DNA of 64,000 bases from Eledone cirrhosa. Taxonomy: Eukaryota. The position numbers and the translations under genes were made by a program. This document shows positions 17,575 to 32,183 of this stretch, piece by piece; within the stretch, counting starts at the first letter, position 1, and every line of letters starts with the position of its first letter. The stretch is taken from NCBI GenBank assembly GCA_964016885.1, contig CAXHJY010000353.1, positions 62,001 to 126,000 on the forward strand, written 5' to 3'. Under the pieces are notes generated by a model. It ran no database searches, was not told the origin of the DNA, and worked only from the letters and a program-made list of their open reading frames with translations.

Positions 17575-18071
17575 ATATTTTAGAGTTAAATAAGGTTCAT
17601 AGGAATTATCTAAGAATGAGTTTTACACACATATATATGTGTGTGCTTGTATTTGGTTGTGCGTGTTTGTGATATGTACGTATTTGTATGTATATAATTG
17701 TATGGCCATGTATGTATGTGTGTGTATATATATATATATATGTATGTATATGTGTGTGTATATATGTATATATATGTGTGTGTGTGTGTGTATGTATTTG
17801 TGTATGCGTATGTATGTGTTTATGTATTTGTATATGGATATTTATGTGTGAGAGTGTGTGTATGTAATTAATTTTTCGTATGTATGTGTACGTGCATTTG
17901 TGTGTATTGCTCACCACGTGTGTTTGTTAATTTATTTGTTGCCTGTATCGCTGTCAACTTTAGAACTTTATTATTATATATATTTTTTCTTATATTTATT
18001 TGCGTGTGTGAATATGTAGAGGTGTGTGTATATTTTTGTGCATGCATATGTATGCATGTGTGTATGTGTGT

Positions 18072-18638
18072 ATGAGACAGGTTGTACTGGGATACATGTT
18101 ACCAGTAGTTGGTGCTACTGGTAACATGTATCCCAGTACAACATGTCTCATGGTCGAGTCGTTGGCGACTAAACTGGCAACCCCACCAAGGTTTCTTGGT
18201 GAGGAGGGTGACTTTGGACATCCTGCAGGACTAAAAACAAAACCTGTCAAAGGAGCTCTTAAGAGTCAATGGCCATCCAAAATCACCGGGAGAGATGACC
18301 CCTGAGCCTTTGTCAAGGCAGAATTCTAGGAGAAGGAAAACTCTGATATAACACCTGCAACCCTGATGGTATCCAATGATGTTGACTTGTTCTTCTTTTT
18401 TGGTAAATATCATCTTTGTTAAGAGAGTGGGACTGGCTTTGTGCAGTGCCTTTGCTCACTATAAAAGCTTCACGGCACAGGCATTGCTTTATATCTGGAG
18501 ATCTCTCTGCACTTGTTGTCACATGGTACCATGGGCCCAGCACTATGTGTCAGTAATTGTCACAGGTGTAGTGTTTGTACCAGAGTTTTTAAGTTGCTGG
18601 CTGGACTGAAAAGTCACAATCATTCAGCGCATCGGTAG
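18072..18638. mobile_element. Interspersed repeat, copy 1 (probably RTE 5'UTR-derived)
   Basis: Aligns closely with 21770-22320. Contains CTAGGAGAAGGAAAACTCTGA, which I recall from RTE 5'UTRs. Confidence 0.6.
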
Positions 18639-19029
18639 GATATGTATATATGGATATATATATGTATATATATATATGTATATGTATATATGTATATATA
18701 TGTATATATATATATGTATATGTATATATATGTATATATATATATGTATATGTATATATGTATATATGTATATATATGTATATGTATATATGTATATATA
18801 TGTATATATATGTATATATGTATATCTATATATGTACATATATGTATATATGTATATATATGTATATATGTATATATGTATATATCTATATATCTATATA
18901 TGTATATATGTATATATGTATATATATGTATATATGTATATATATATGTATATATGTATATGTATATATATGTATATATATATCTATATATGTATATATA
19001 TATACATATATATATACATATATAACTTT

Positions 19030-19555
19030 GAACTTTGAATAACTTTGAAATGTTTTGGCCAGTATTGGCCCAGGCCATGTCTAACTTAATAGCACCACCT
19101 GGCGAAGTCTTTCAATTCAAGATTTGGGCACCATGGCCCATTCGAGAAGAGAATTACTGTTTGCGGAGACATATCCGGGTGTGGGTGGTTTGTCCGGGAT
19201 TACTTGGAGGAATTTGTCCAAAGACTTCTTGAATTTTGTGTGGTCAGTTTCTGTTTTGAGGTGTCCTGGTGTGATGTTGAAGAGAGCAGGGCCGATTGAG
19301 GTAAAATAATTGTGCCGTATTGTGTTACGAGTTGCGATTTAGATTTTTGAATGGGACGGATAGCACGGGGCCCAAGCCTTGGGTGTATCTTGAAGGCGAT
19401 GCCAACATCATTTGGGCAGTGATGATGGAACATTTTCCACATCATGCAGATAATATAACGTTCACGGCGACGTTGGAGTGAGTAAAGTTTCAGGTTTTCC
19501 AATCGACCCCAGTAGTCAAGGTCTGACATGCCATCTATCTTTTTCGTGATTGCCC
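19030..19555 (-). mobile_element. CR1/L2-group LINE, 3' ORF fragment
   Basis: [30 protein letters not shown]...RLG is the typical Y..RL..L.L.SL..RR C-terminal signature. Confidence 0.85.
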
Positions 19556-19556
19556 T

Positions 19557-20537
<981 letters not shown>

Positions 20538-20756
20538 TGTATTTGTGTCTGTGTGCGTGTGTTATGCTATGTTTATCCGCATGTATATATATACGTGTGC
20601 GGCTGTGTAACACTTGGATGTATGACAGATGGATTGTTGTGTCAACACTACGGTCTGTCATATATCGCACACACATAATACCTCACGTAACGTCCACACA
20701 GTCGACTGTGTAAACATACTCATTACTGACACACTACCACACACACAAATACTTAA

Positions 20757-20975
20757 CCCTTTAGTGTTCAAACCACCCAAAACCGGCCAGAACTCTCTAC
20801 CTCTTTCTGTTGAAACTGGCTCTAACTGGTTGCTCAAACTGATGTTAAGGTATTGTTTTCAAAATAAATACTTCAAAGTCTCATAGATTCGATATTATGT
20901 GAGATAATTATGTGAGGTAAAGCCTTTACCATTAAAATATAATAGTATATATAAATTAATGTGAATGCTAAAGGG
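20757..20975. mobile_element. piggyBac-type MITE
   Basis: TTAA at 20753-56 and 20976-79. TIRs CCCTTTAGTGTTCA / TGAATGCTAAAGGG (12/14 match). Confidence 0.8.
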
Positions 20976-21038
20976 TTAAACACACAGAAATGCACACGCA
21001 CTTACATATAATCTCCATATGATATAGGCATATATGTA

Positions 21039-21090
<52 letters not shown>

Positions 21091-21104
21091 ATAAACATCT
21101 AAAG

Positions 21105-21379
21105 TCTGTCTGTCTTAATCCAGAAGGCTCATTTGGCCGGTGCTTATCCCAGTTTCATGGCGTGAAGCGACTGAGAGTACAAGACTCCCCCCTGGACAGG
21201 ACGCCAGTCCATTGCAGGGTTAAACTTCCAGCTATTGCTGGTACTCATTTTCAGCTGAGTATACTGGAGCAACGTGATATGAAATGTTTTGCTCAATAAC
21301 ACAACATGCAACCCAGGAATCGAACCCACGACATTATGATCGTAAGTCCAACACTCTTACCATTAGGCCACGTGCCTCT
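21105..21379 (-). mobile_element. tRNA-derived SINE with CORE- and V-domain-like segments
   Basis: Minus strand: A box GTGGCCTAATGG, B box GGTTCGATTCC, then TTGAGCAAAACATT...AAATGAGTACC and CCCTGCAATGGACTGGCGTCCTGTCCAGGGG. Confidence 0.8.
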
Positions 21380-21458
21380 ACACGCGTATAAACACACACA
21401 CACACATTATATATATATATATATACAGATGCAGATGTGTATATATGTATGTGTGTGT

Positions 21459-22400
21459 GTCAGGTCGCTCTTCAGCGCTAACGGTACATGTAACCCAGCA
21501 CAACATGTACATGGTCGCGTCGTTGGCGACTAAACCGGCAACCCCACCAATCATGCATGGTGGGGAGGGTGAATTTCGACACTGCGCAGGATGAAAAACA
21601 AAACCACTCAAGCGATGGCATTATTCGAGAACGAGTTGCAGCCATCATGCATGTATGTACGTATGTATATATGTATGCATATATGTATGTAGGTACGTAT
21701 GTATATATGTATGCATATATGTATGTAGGTACGTATGTATATATCTATATATATGTATGTATATATGTATGTCAGGTCACCAGTTGGTGCTACTGGTAAC
21801 ATGTATCCCAGTACAACCTGTCGCATGGTCGGGTCGTTGGCGACTAAACCGGCAACCCCACCAAGGTTTCTTGGTGAGGAGGGCGACTTTGGACATCCTG
21901 CAGGACTAAAAACGAAACCTGTCAAAGGTTAAAGGAGCTCTTAAGAGTCAAAGGCCATCCAAAATCACCGGGAGAGATGACCCATTAGCCTTTGTCAAGG
22001 CAGAATTCTAGAAGGAAAACTCTGATATAACACCTTCAACCCTGATGATATCCAATGATGTTGACTTGTTCTTCTTTTTGGTAAATATCATCTTGGTTAA
22101 GAGAGTGGGACTGGCTTTGTGCAGTGCCTTTTCTCACTATAAAAGCTTCACGGCACAGGCATTGCTTTATATCTGGAGATCTCTCTGCACTTGTCGTCAC
22201 ATGGTACCATGGGCCCAGCACTATGTGTCAATAATTGTCTCAAGTGTAGTGTTTGCACCTGAGTTTTCAAGTCGCTGGCTGGACTTAAAAGTCACACTCG
22301 TTCAGCACATCGGTAGGGATTCTCCTACATGGATATAAAGTAGTGGCCGTACTCGAAAACGAGTTGGCAGCCACCATGTAGGGACTTTTACATCGTGACA
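21459..22400. mobile_element. Two further copies of the 18072 repeat family: short internally deleted 21459-21646 and long 21770-22400
   Basis: Shared start GTCAGGTC, shared GTCGTTGGCGACTAAACCGGCAACCCCACCAA and shared end TCGA(G/A)AACGAGTT(G)GCAGCCA. Confidence 0.75.
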
Positions 22401-23174
22401 TAAGCTAAACTATAATGTGATCTTCATGAGCTTCTCCTTTAACCAACTCTGCTATCATCATAAGAAGGGTAACTGACACTAACTGATAACAATACATCAT
22501 ACAGTCATAATTTGAGCCCTATATTTAACACACCAAACAGAGTTTAAGTTACTGACACTGACTGATAACAATGCATTTTATAGTCAACATTTGAGCCCTA
22601 AATTTGACACACCAAATTGTATTTAAGTTCAACCTGTAACATGCTCATATGCTTTTCCACCACCAGTAGCAGCAGTAGCACCACCTCCACCACCACCACA
22701 CCACTCCAGCGAATAAGAGGGTCTAGTGAGTCAAGTGGGTATAGATTGGGATTTCCACCAGTAAGTACACTCTAGAATCAGGGGTGTGCTTCAATAGGTT
22801 TAATGTCAGAGGTTGCGTGAGAAAAAAAAAAAAACTGAGATTTTGTTTGGACGATGGACGGGTACGTAAAATAAAATTCATTAAAAAAAGCAAAAAAAAA
22901 CAATTCAACTTTTTTTTTTTTTTGCTCATTTTCAAATGTTATTGTTATCGTTTTATTTTTGAGGTTTATGTTGTTATTTTTATTGGTTTAATTGTATTTT
23001 TTTTTTTTTACAATTATTTTCTTGTTATGTTAGTTACGTGAGTCATTCTGTCCAAATCTGATTGATAGCTGTGTTATATTTCTCCTCTACTCTGTATGAT
23101 TCTATGTTTGTATGTCTGCTTCTGTATTTGTCTGGTTTTCTTTCTTCCTGCCTCTCACCATCTTTCTCTCCATG

Positions 23175-23310
<136 letters not shown>

Positions 23311-23364
23311 CACACACACAAACACACGTGTCTGTGTGTATATATATATATATATATGTATATT

Positions 23365-23555
23365 GGAAAAAGTATGAACCCGACGGCAGAGCTCAAGTCA
23401 TTTCGACGGCTATTTCTAATCCAGAAATAGCCGTCGAAACCGCTTCAGCTCTGCCGTCGGTGTCATACTTTTTCCTATTACCCACTCTACTACCCTAAGT
23501 ATTGAGCACTCTGGTGCGTTATGGTCCATCTGGTTCCTTACCACAATTCCTTCGT
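23365..23555 (+). mobile_element. Fold-back mini-element ('CCGACGG' family), probable PLE pseudo-LTR terminus
   Basis: ~53-bp inverted arms over 23365-23475, then a conserved tail ACTCTACTACCCTAAGTATTGAGCACTCTGGTGCGTTATGG into (TA)n. Homologues at 8081-8420, 16990-17045, 29751-29862, 30400-30568, 30592-30772, 35951-36117, 42416-42615 and 48971-49116. Confidence 0.8.
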
Positions 23556-23627
23556 TATATATATATACCATAGAATTAGAATTCAACTTCGAACATAGTT
23601 ATATACAATTATGTATTTGAATTTAGA

Positions 23628-23786
23628 ATTTCTAAAGAAATAAGATATGTTTATAAATAAATATTTAGAAAGCCATAGCTATAAATAACACACTGACAAG
23701 CCTGGTGGCGTTAGCTGCCAGTGCGTTATTCATAGCTATGTCTTTCTAAATATTTATTTTAAAACATACCATATTTCTTTAGAAAT
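23628..23786. repeat. Imperfect palindrome, ~70-bp arms, (TA)n-adjacent
   Basis: ATTTCTAAAGAAAT...AACACACTGACA pairs with TGCCAGTGCGTT...ATTTCTTTAGAAAT. Confidence 0.85.
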
Positions 23787-24562
23787 ATATATATATATAT
23801 ATTACAGACAAAAATATATGCAGAAAGTCACACAAACGCAGAAAATCCTATGTATACTTAGATACTTACATCAGTTTGAGTAATTGTCTTTTGCCTTTTT
23901 CCCGCCTGTGTACAATACAGAATAAGTCTTCATTCAATATTTCTGAAGGATGTATATGTAACACACTCACAAACATACTAACAAATACTCATGCACGCAT
24001 TTTCGGAATTAATGTGTGTATGTTATTCAGGATTACACGTCGCACATAATCTAAGACAAACATTACCTGAACAAGTGCTGAATGAAGTAACAATCTCATT
24101 TAACTTCTTATGAGTTGCTAACATCCGATACATATATATATATCTATAGAGATCGAACCTTGAGCGGATCAATAGCGAAACACGTGTACCACATGGATAA
24201 AAATTCATTGATATTTATTTACATGGACATTTCGCATACGATTCAATATACAACCCCCCCCCCCCTCACACACACACACACATGGACACCCACACACGCA
24301 CATATGTATATATACGTGTGTGTGTGTGTGTGTATGTATGCATGCATGTATATAATGTTTTTATCACAAAGGTAGAAACAAATATAGATATGTTTATAGG
24401 TGTTTGCTCAGAAAAAGAATAGATATTTGAAGGGTGAATTCTCGTTGCTCTGTCATTGACCAACAAGGAATATGTAGCCCAGAAGACCACAACTGTGTGA
24501 ATATATATGGTGTTACTGTTTTGATCATAGACAACCAATATGCAAAATAAATAAAATCACTC

Positions 24563-24654
<92 letters not shown>

Positions 24655-25069
24655 GGGGGGGGGTATACAACATCACACTCACGCATACGTATAGCCAACC
24701 CAACAAATGAATATGTATATAAATACATAGTGAAGAAAATAAATAAATATATATATATATATATATTAATATATAAAGGTATATATAAATAAATAAATAA
24801 TATAAACATCCAATATATAATAATAATAAAAAAAATAATAAATATATGGATAAATCCGTAAATAAATCATGTGACATGAAGAATTACTGCTTAGTGTCTG
24901 CAGACTTGTCGTTCGAGATTATGGCTGGCTTAGATTTAAAGGGTTTGACAGACAGTTCTGCGGCTTGTGGTTACTGGAAATGGAAGCAGGTGCGATTAAT
25001 GCATCCCTAAAGGGCTTTAAGGATGTTGACAGATACACAAGGATGATGAAGGCAACACAATGGTGGCTG

Positions 25070-26110
25070 CAATGATGGTGGTGGTTATGCTGGTGGTTGT
25101 TATAGTAATGGTTGTGGTGGTTGTGATAGTGGTGGCTCTGCTGGTGGAGGTTGTGTTGTTGGTTGTTATAGTGTTGATGGTGATGGTGGTGGTTGTGTTG
25201 GTGGTTGTAATAGTAATGGTTGTGGTGGTTGTGATAGCGGTGGTTGTGATAGTGGTGGTTGGTTGTGCTGGTGGAGGTTGTGTTGTTGGTTGTTATAGTG
25301 TTGATGGTGATGGTGGTGGTTGTGTTGGTGGTTGTGGTTGTGGTGGTTGTGATAGTGGTGGTTGTGCTGGTGGAGGTTGTGTTGTTGGTTGTTATAGTGT
25401 TGATGGTGATGGTGGTGGTTGTGTTGGTGGTTGTGGTTGTGGTGGTTGTGATAGTGGTGGTTGTGCTGGTGGAGGTTGTGTTGTTGGTTGTTATAGTGTT
25501 GATGGTGATGGTGGTGGTTGTGTTGGTGGTTATGATAGTAATGGTTGTGGTGGTTGTGATAGTGGTGGCTGTGCTGGTGGAGGTGTTGTTGTTGGTTGTT
25601 ATAGTGTTGATGGTGATGGTGGTGGTTGTGTTGGTGGTTATGATAGTAATGGTTGTGGTGGTTGTGATAGTGGTGGCTGTGCTGGTGGAGGTTGTGTTGT
25701 TGGTTGTTATAGTATTGATGGTGATGGTGGAGGTTGTGATGGTTGTTGTGATGCTGGTGGTGATAGTTATATTTGTGTTTCTGCTCGTAGTTGTGATTGT
25801 GGAATTGGTGGAGATGCTGCTATATAATGGTGGTGCTAATGTTGGTTGTGATGGTGGCGGTTGTATGCCTTGTGATAATGTGGGTTTTGTTGATTGTGAT
25901 AATAGCTGTTTTGTTGTTGTTGTTGGTGGTGGTGGTTGTGTTGGGTGTTACGGTGTTGATGGTGGTGGTGTTGGTTGTGTTGTTGATGGAGGTGTTTGCG
26001 TTGTTTGTGACGGCGGTGATTGTGTTTGTGTTGGTAGCTGTGATTGTGGAATTGGTGAAGATGTTGTTTTATAAAGGTGGTGCTGATGTTGGTGTTGGTT
26101 GTGATAAAGG
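25070..26110. repeat. GGT/TGT triplet-based minisatellite, ~99-108 bp unit
   Basis: Anchor GGTTGTTATAGTGTTGATGGTGATGG recurs regularly. Confidence 0.9.
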
Positions 26111-26951
26111 TGGCTGTGTTGTCATTGTTAATGTGGGAGTTGTGTTGGTGGTGGCAGCGTACTGGGCAGGAGATATTTACCTGGTATGTATTTCTCGTGT
26201 TGGCCATCAAATGAAATTGGTCCCTTTGGGTATTTAGGAAAGAACACATTGAAAATTAAACAAAAAAATATAAACAATAAACGACGATAAACAAAACAAA
26301 ACAAAAACAGTGAAAGCAAACGAGTGAGAGAGAGAAAGAGAGAGAGAGAAAGAAAGAGAGAGGGAGAAAGAGAAAGAGAGAGAGAAAGAGAGAGAGATAA
26401 AGAGAAAGAGAAGGAGAGAGAGAGAGAGAGAGAGAGAAAGAGGGAGAAAAAGAGAGAGAGAGAGAAAGAGGGAGAAAGAGAAGGAGAGAGAGAGATAGCT
26501 GTGTGAAAACACGGGAATGTGAGTGAGAAAAAGTGAGGGATGATTAGTATATTAGATGCGAAGAGATGATGCGACAATCGTGCGTGTTTTGTGATATGTT
26601 GAGACGACTGAAGATGAGATGTGACGACATAATAACGGTGGGTTGAAGCAAGACAATTGTGGCTAAGATTTAAGAAAGTGTTTCTAGTCAGGTGCAGGGT
26701 AAGGGCGAGTGAGGCAAAGAAGGTTTTCAACGTGAAGACTTGTCTGAAATTAGGCTTCAGTTGACACCAAAATCTGAAAAATTGATGGATATAAACGTGT
26801 CTCTGTCGACACCAACGCCTGGCATATTGGTGCGTATAATCGTGGGTCAGCCAACACCAATGCCATACATATATTGTTAGATGAAATCAATGTTCGAGTC
26901 TACATGAATATTTGAAATATTCTTGGGTAAAAACGAATATAATTTGTCAGC

Positions 26952-27145
26952 TTCCTCCTCGTACCGGTCCTCGTCGAGAACACAGGCGTACTTGGAGGCC
27001 GTACAGTCGAGCTCCTCCGCAAGACCGGAACGTCGCCGGCCCGTCTAAGGAAGGAGCGCCGCGAGGTTGGATGGCTGTTTCAGTGTGTGTCGCTGGCCAT
27101 TATCCGCGGGAATGCTATTGCCGGCTTGTCCGTAGGGTGCAGCCC
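26952..27145 (+). mobile_element. Second CRE-clade RLE C-terminal fragment (frame absent from the ORF track)
   Basis: Frame from 26952: FLLVPVLVENTGVLGGRTVELLRKTG...RREVGWLFQCVSLAIIRGNAIAGL, homologous to the end of the 9350-10025 fragment. Confidence 0.8.
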
Positions 27146-27168
27146 CAACACCAGTTACTGACATTAAT

Positions 27169-27352
27169 TGTTTCTACTTTAGGAACAAGGCCAGCAATTA
27201 CCCAGTGCATTACTGGTACTTTATTTTATCGACCCCGTAAGGATGAAAGTCAAAGTCAACCTCGGAGGGATTTGAACTCAGATCGTAAAGGGACGTAACT
27301 ATGCTGGAAAGCATGGCGTCCGACCCTCTACCGATACTGCGAATCCACCGCC
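27169..27352 (-). mobile_element. SINE family A, full-length, 18-bp TSD
   Basis: TSD CCAGTTACTGACATTAAT at 27151-27168 and 27351-27368. Confidence 0.95.
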
Positions 27353-27641
27353 AGTTACTGACATTAATGGCTGCGAACAAGGCCCATTTCACAGCAATAT
27401 CTGGCATATAGTTGAGTAAAAGCGAGAACGAGTGCAAACCAACATCTCAGACATTGAAAGATAATTTGACCCCCTCCCCCACCTCATAATTACATCTAGA
27501 TATGAATAATGGGATATTTTACACTATTTTCTAAACTATTATTTATACCAATCGACGGTGGTAACAGTTATTTCTACATTTGGGGTTCCTACATTTACTA
27601 TAACTTTCTAACTACCCGAAATTACTATAGTATATATATAA

Positions 27642-27808
27642 ATGTTTCTACTTTAGGCACAAGGCCAGTAATTAGCCAGTGCATTACTGGTACTTTATTT
27701 TATTGACCCCGTAAGGATGAAAGGCAAAGTAAACATCAGACCGTAAAGGGACGTAACTATGGTGGTAAACATGGCGTCCGACTCTCTACCGATACTGCCA
27801 ATCCACCG
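27642..27808 (-). mobile_element. SINE family A, internally deleted
   Basis: Homology to family A, with a CTATAGTATATATA TSD-like flank on both sides. Confidence 0.85.
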
Positions 27809-28093
27809 TTCTATAGTATATATAAAATGTCATATATATATATATATATACATACATACACACATATATACACATACATACACACATATATACACATACA
27901 CACATATATATATATATATATATACATACATACACATACAGGCATATATATATATATATATATATATACATACATACATATATACACATACACACATATA
28001 TATATATACATACATACATACATATATACACACATATATATATATACATACATACATACATATATATACATACATACATACATATATACACAT

Positions 28094-28130
<37 letters not shown>

Positions 28131-28222
28131 CATACATACGTATATATATATATATACATATCCATACATACACAAACACATGTATGTATGGATATGTATA
28201 TATATATATACAAATATATATA

Positions 28223-28500
28223 TACAAATATATTACACAAATAGAAGTATGTTACACAGTGACATGTGTGTAAAGAATTATTAAAAGTGATGTTTACCGT
28301 TACTGTATAGCAAATAATATCTACAGGTTTAGCAATTAAATCACGTGTAATAATCCTTTACACACATTTCAATGTGTAACACACTTCTATTTGCGTAATA
28401 TATTTGTATCTGAGCTCTGAAGAAAATTCTCTATTCTTCTTTGAGCTAATATTATTATTATTACTGTGAACTGCTGAATACTCTCAATTCCGATCCTAGT
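28223..28500 (+). mobile_element. Fold-back mini-element with decayed HHR remnant
   Basis: Inverted arms 28223-28283 / 28348-28408. Then AGCT-CTGAAGA...AGCT lacking GAAA, then GAATACTCT before (TA)n. Confidence 0.6.
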
Positions 28501-28519
28501 ATATATATATATATGTATG

Positions 28520-28653
<134 letters not shown>

Positions 28654-28659
28654 TGTATA

Positions 28660-28820
<161 letters not shown>

Positions 28821-28933
28821 TACGGCCCTTGATAAACCTGTTCTACATCATCCACTCTCATCCCAGGAACAGTCTTTGATAGCGCTAGTTTGTGATTTAA
28901 ATTCAGGAATTTTATATTCTTTGAATGAAAAGA

Positions 28934-29017
28934 ACCTTCTGACGAGAATCTCTCTTTGCAACGAAGGCCGTATGGCCTACGTTTTATTTTTGGGATTCGA
29001 AACCGATCGGTAAAGGT
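28934..29017 (+). ncRNA. Type-I hammerhead ribozyme with extended stem II and palindromic stem III
   Basis: ACCTT-CTGACGA-GAATCTC...GGGATTC-GAAA-CCGATCGG-TA-AAGGT. All core nucleotides are present, with a GUA site. Host element 28821-29197 lies between (TA)n tracts. Confidence 0.85.
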
Positions 29018-29190
29018 AACTATAGTAGGTAAAGTCAATTTTTTAAAATTTATTTTGAAACTTTTTCATTATTTACTAAACCTTGTTTATATTTGTTCTG
29101 GCTCGTTAATTTATTAACCCGCCATTGAACCACACTGGCACTTGGTTGGACAATACATGCGTACCCTGGCGCCTTGTGCGTGAAAGGACG

Positions 29191-29308
<118 letters not shown>

Positions 29309-29357
29309 ATGTGTATATATGTGTGTATGTATATATATATATGTATATATGTGTGTA

Positions 29358-29428
<71 letters not shown>

Positions 29429-29570
29429 ATGTGTGTGTGCGTGTGCATGTGTGTGTGTGTGTGCATGTGTGTTTATCTACTTTTATATTTATTCTGTTTC
29501 CTTTCCTTCTTCCTTTTCCAGCCTCACTTTCATATAGATTATATTTTTGTTTTTAAAATCCACAGGATTT

Positions 29571-29631
29571 TTTCATTCTGATGACTGAAAGCAAGTTTTG
29601 TTTGCTTTCAAGAAACCACTGGTAAATGAAA
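29571..29631 (+). ncRNA. Type-I hammerhead ribozyme
   Basis: TTTCATT-CTGATGA-C-TGAAAGCAA(loop)TTGCTTTCA-A-GAAA-CCACTGG-TA-AATGAAA: 7-bp stem I, 9-bp stem II, GUA site. Confidence 0.88.
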
Positions 29632-29867
29632 TAATTATCTTATGTTGTTTATTATATAACTATTAAGCTCTGTAACCTACATAGAGCACTCTGTTTTCCT
29701 GGACCTTTCCGACGGAATTTCTTCATTCATATATATATATATATATATATAACAAAGAAAGTGTGGTAAGGAACCAGGTAAGCCATAACGCACCAGTGTA
29801 CTCGATACTTAAGGTAGTAGAGTGGGTAAGAGGAAAAGAGTCAGGACCCCGTCGGCTGACTCTTTAC

Positions 29868-29920
<53 letters not shown>

Positions 29921-30029
29921 TATGTATATACATACTACTGTATGTCTGTATACATATATGTATGTACGTATACATACTTATATTTAAGTATCAGCCGTAC
30001 TAAGAGTGAGAAATGAAATTTCATTTTTT

Positions 30030-30110
<81 letters not shown>

Positions 30111-30237
30111 AAGTTTCTATTTAAATTGTTGGGATACAACAAGCAAATATTTTTATAACTGATATAAAGCACTCAACAAATAATTGGAGTAAAAATACGA
30201 TATTAACAAATGGAAACTATATTTATAAAACCATATT

Positions 30238-30302
30238 TATTTCATTATACATATTTCAAGGACACCAAGTTAAATTATGGTGTGCTTTCATCAGATAAAA
30301 TA
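30238..30302 (-). ncRNA. Type-I hammerhead ribozyme in a ~270-bp (TA)n-flanked element (30108-30381)
   Basis: Minus strand: TATTTTAT-CTGATGA-AAGCACACCA..TGGTGTCCTT-GAAA-TATGTA-TA-ATGAAATA. Confidence 0.8.
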
Positions 30303-30769
30303 TAATATAGAGCAGTTTTATAAATAAATATTGACATACCCTTAAAGAATGCAACCATTTCTGTTGGAAGCTCCCGGATAGTATATATATATATATTATA
30401 AGAAGTCTGGACTCCGACGGCTGAGCTCTTGCCGATTCATTGTTGAAATGGCAAGAGCTCAGCCGTCGGGTTCCACACTCTTTATAGTATAACCATACTC
30501 TACTACCCCATGCATCGAGTACTCTGTTGAGTAATGGCCTAACCCGTTTCAATCTGAATCCCTCCTGATATATACATATATATATATATATAGCGAAGGA
30601 AAAGTGGTAAGGAACCAGGTGGGCCATAACGCACCAAAGTACTCAATACTTAGGGTAGTAGAGTGGGTAATAGGAGTAAGTAAGACCCCGACGGCTGAGC
30701 TCAAGCCGTTTCGACGGCTAATTCTGTACTGAGTACAGAATTGAGCTCAGCCGGGGTCTTACTTACTCC

Positions 30770-30918
<149 letters not shown>

Positions 30919-31764
30919 ATTTGAAACTCAACGCAAATAAAACCTGTCGAAACAGTAAAATATCGTCAATGACGATGTTGGATATATATATATATATATA
31001 TATGTTATAAGGGTATATATGTAAAAAGTAAACAGAAACAACAAAGCAAACAACGCGGTACAGAGAAGAAATATATTAGTTTAACGCTTGATATAGTAGC
31101 AAGATAGAATGAGCAATAAAAGACGAACTAGAAAGACATAGAGAGATAGGGAGAAGAGGAAGGAGAAGGAATGGTAATATATGTATATATACATTTCAAA
31201 ACTAGTATTTGTTACTTTGGGATTTTCATTCTTTACTGAGATGTTAATAATCCTTCAAGAGAACATCTATTTATCTAAATCCACTTCACCAAAAGTCCAC
31301 CAGTAGCAAAGAAGAGAAAGACACACTAAAAAACAACAACAACAACATAAAAATCAACAACAAAAAAAACCCACAACAACAACAGCAAAAAAACAACAAA
31401 GAAAAATGCACCATTGATCACATTAGACCATTATCCATAATCTGGAATGAGAAAGTCATCATAATTCTAATACTCAGATTGCCTGCACGTCCGGGTTAAG
31501 TCGAACAATATTTCATTCACTTCTTTACTATCTCTGATTCGAGAAGAAGCTTTTTTTCCTTTTTAGTACGTTGTGTAGAATTCCTTTCGCTTTGGTTGCT
31601 GAACTTTTGCCTTGGTTAGCTTCGGATGAATGCACACGTAATCTCTCATGTGTGTATTATCAGATTATCCTCAAGTAGAGGAACTTTTTGTTTTCTAAAT
31701 CGGTTTTTATGCTGGTTTTCATTGTTGTTTTGTTGTTGTTGTTGTTATTGTTATTATTTTTGTA

Positions 31765-32183
31765 GATTGGTAGTATCGGTAGAGTGTCGGACAACATGAT
31801 TGATGACGTAGAGTTACGGCCCTTTATGATCTGAGTTCAAATCCCGCTGAGGTTACCTTTGCCTTTCATCCTTACGGGGTCGATAAAAGAAAGTACCAGC
31901 AAGGCACTGGGGTCGATTTAATCGACTTTCCCCTCCCCTAAAATTGCTGGCCTTGTGCCTATATAAGAAACCATTCTTCTTTTTATTATTATTATTGTTG
32001 AGTAAAGTACCAGTAATGCACTGGGGTAATTGCTGGCCTTGTGCCTAAAGTAGAGACAATTATTATTATTGTTGAGTAAAGTACCAGTAATACACTGGAT
32101 ATTTGCTGGCCTTGTGCCTAAAGTAGAGACCATTTTTATTATTGTTGAGGACTGAGTTCAAATCCCGCCGAGGTTAGCTTTGC
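31765..32183 (+). mobile_element. SINE family A (long subfamily) followed by two tandem re-copies of the 3' end and a B-box fragment
   Basis: TTGAGTAAAGTACCAGTAAT...GGCCTTGTGCCTAAAGTAGAGAC occurs twice after the full copy. Confidence 0.85.

Noticed and set aside
22310-22390. Branched hairpin considered as an HDV-like ribozyme
   Set aside because: The nested double pseudoknot could not be assembled by eye.
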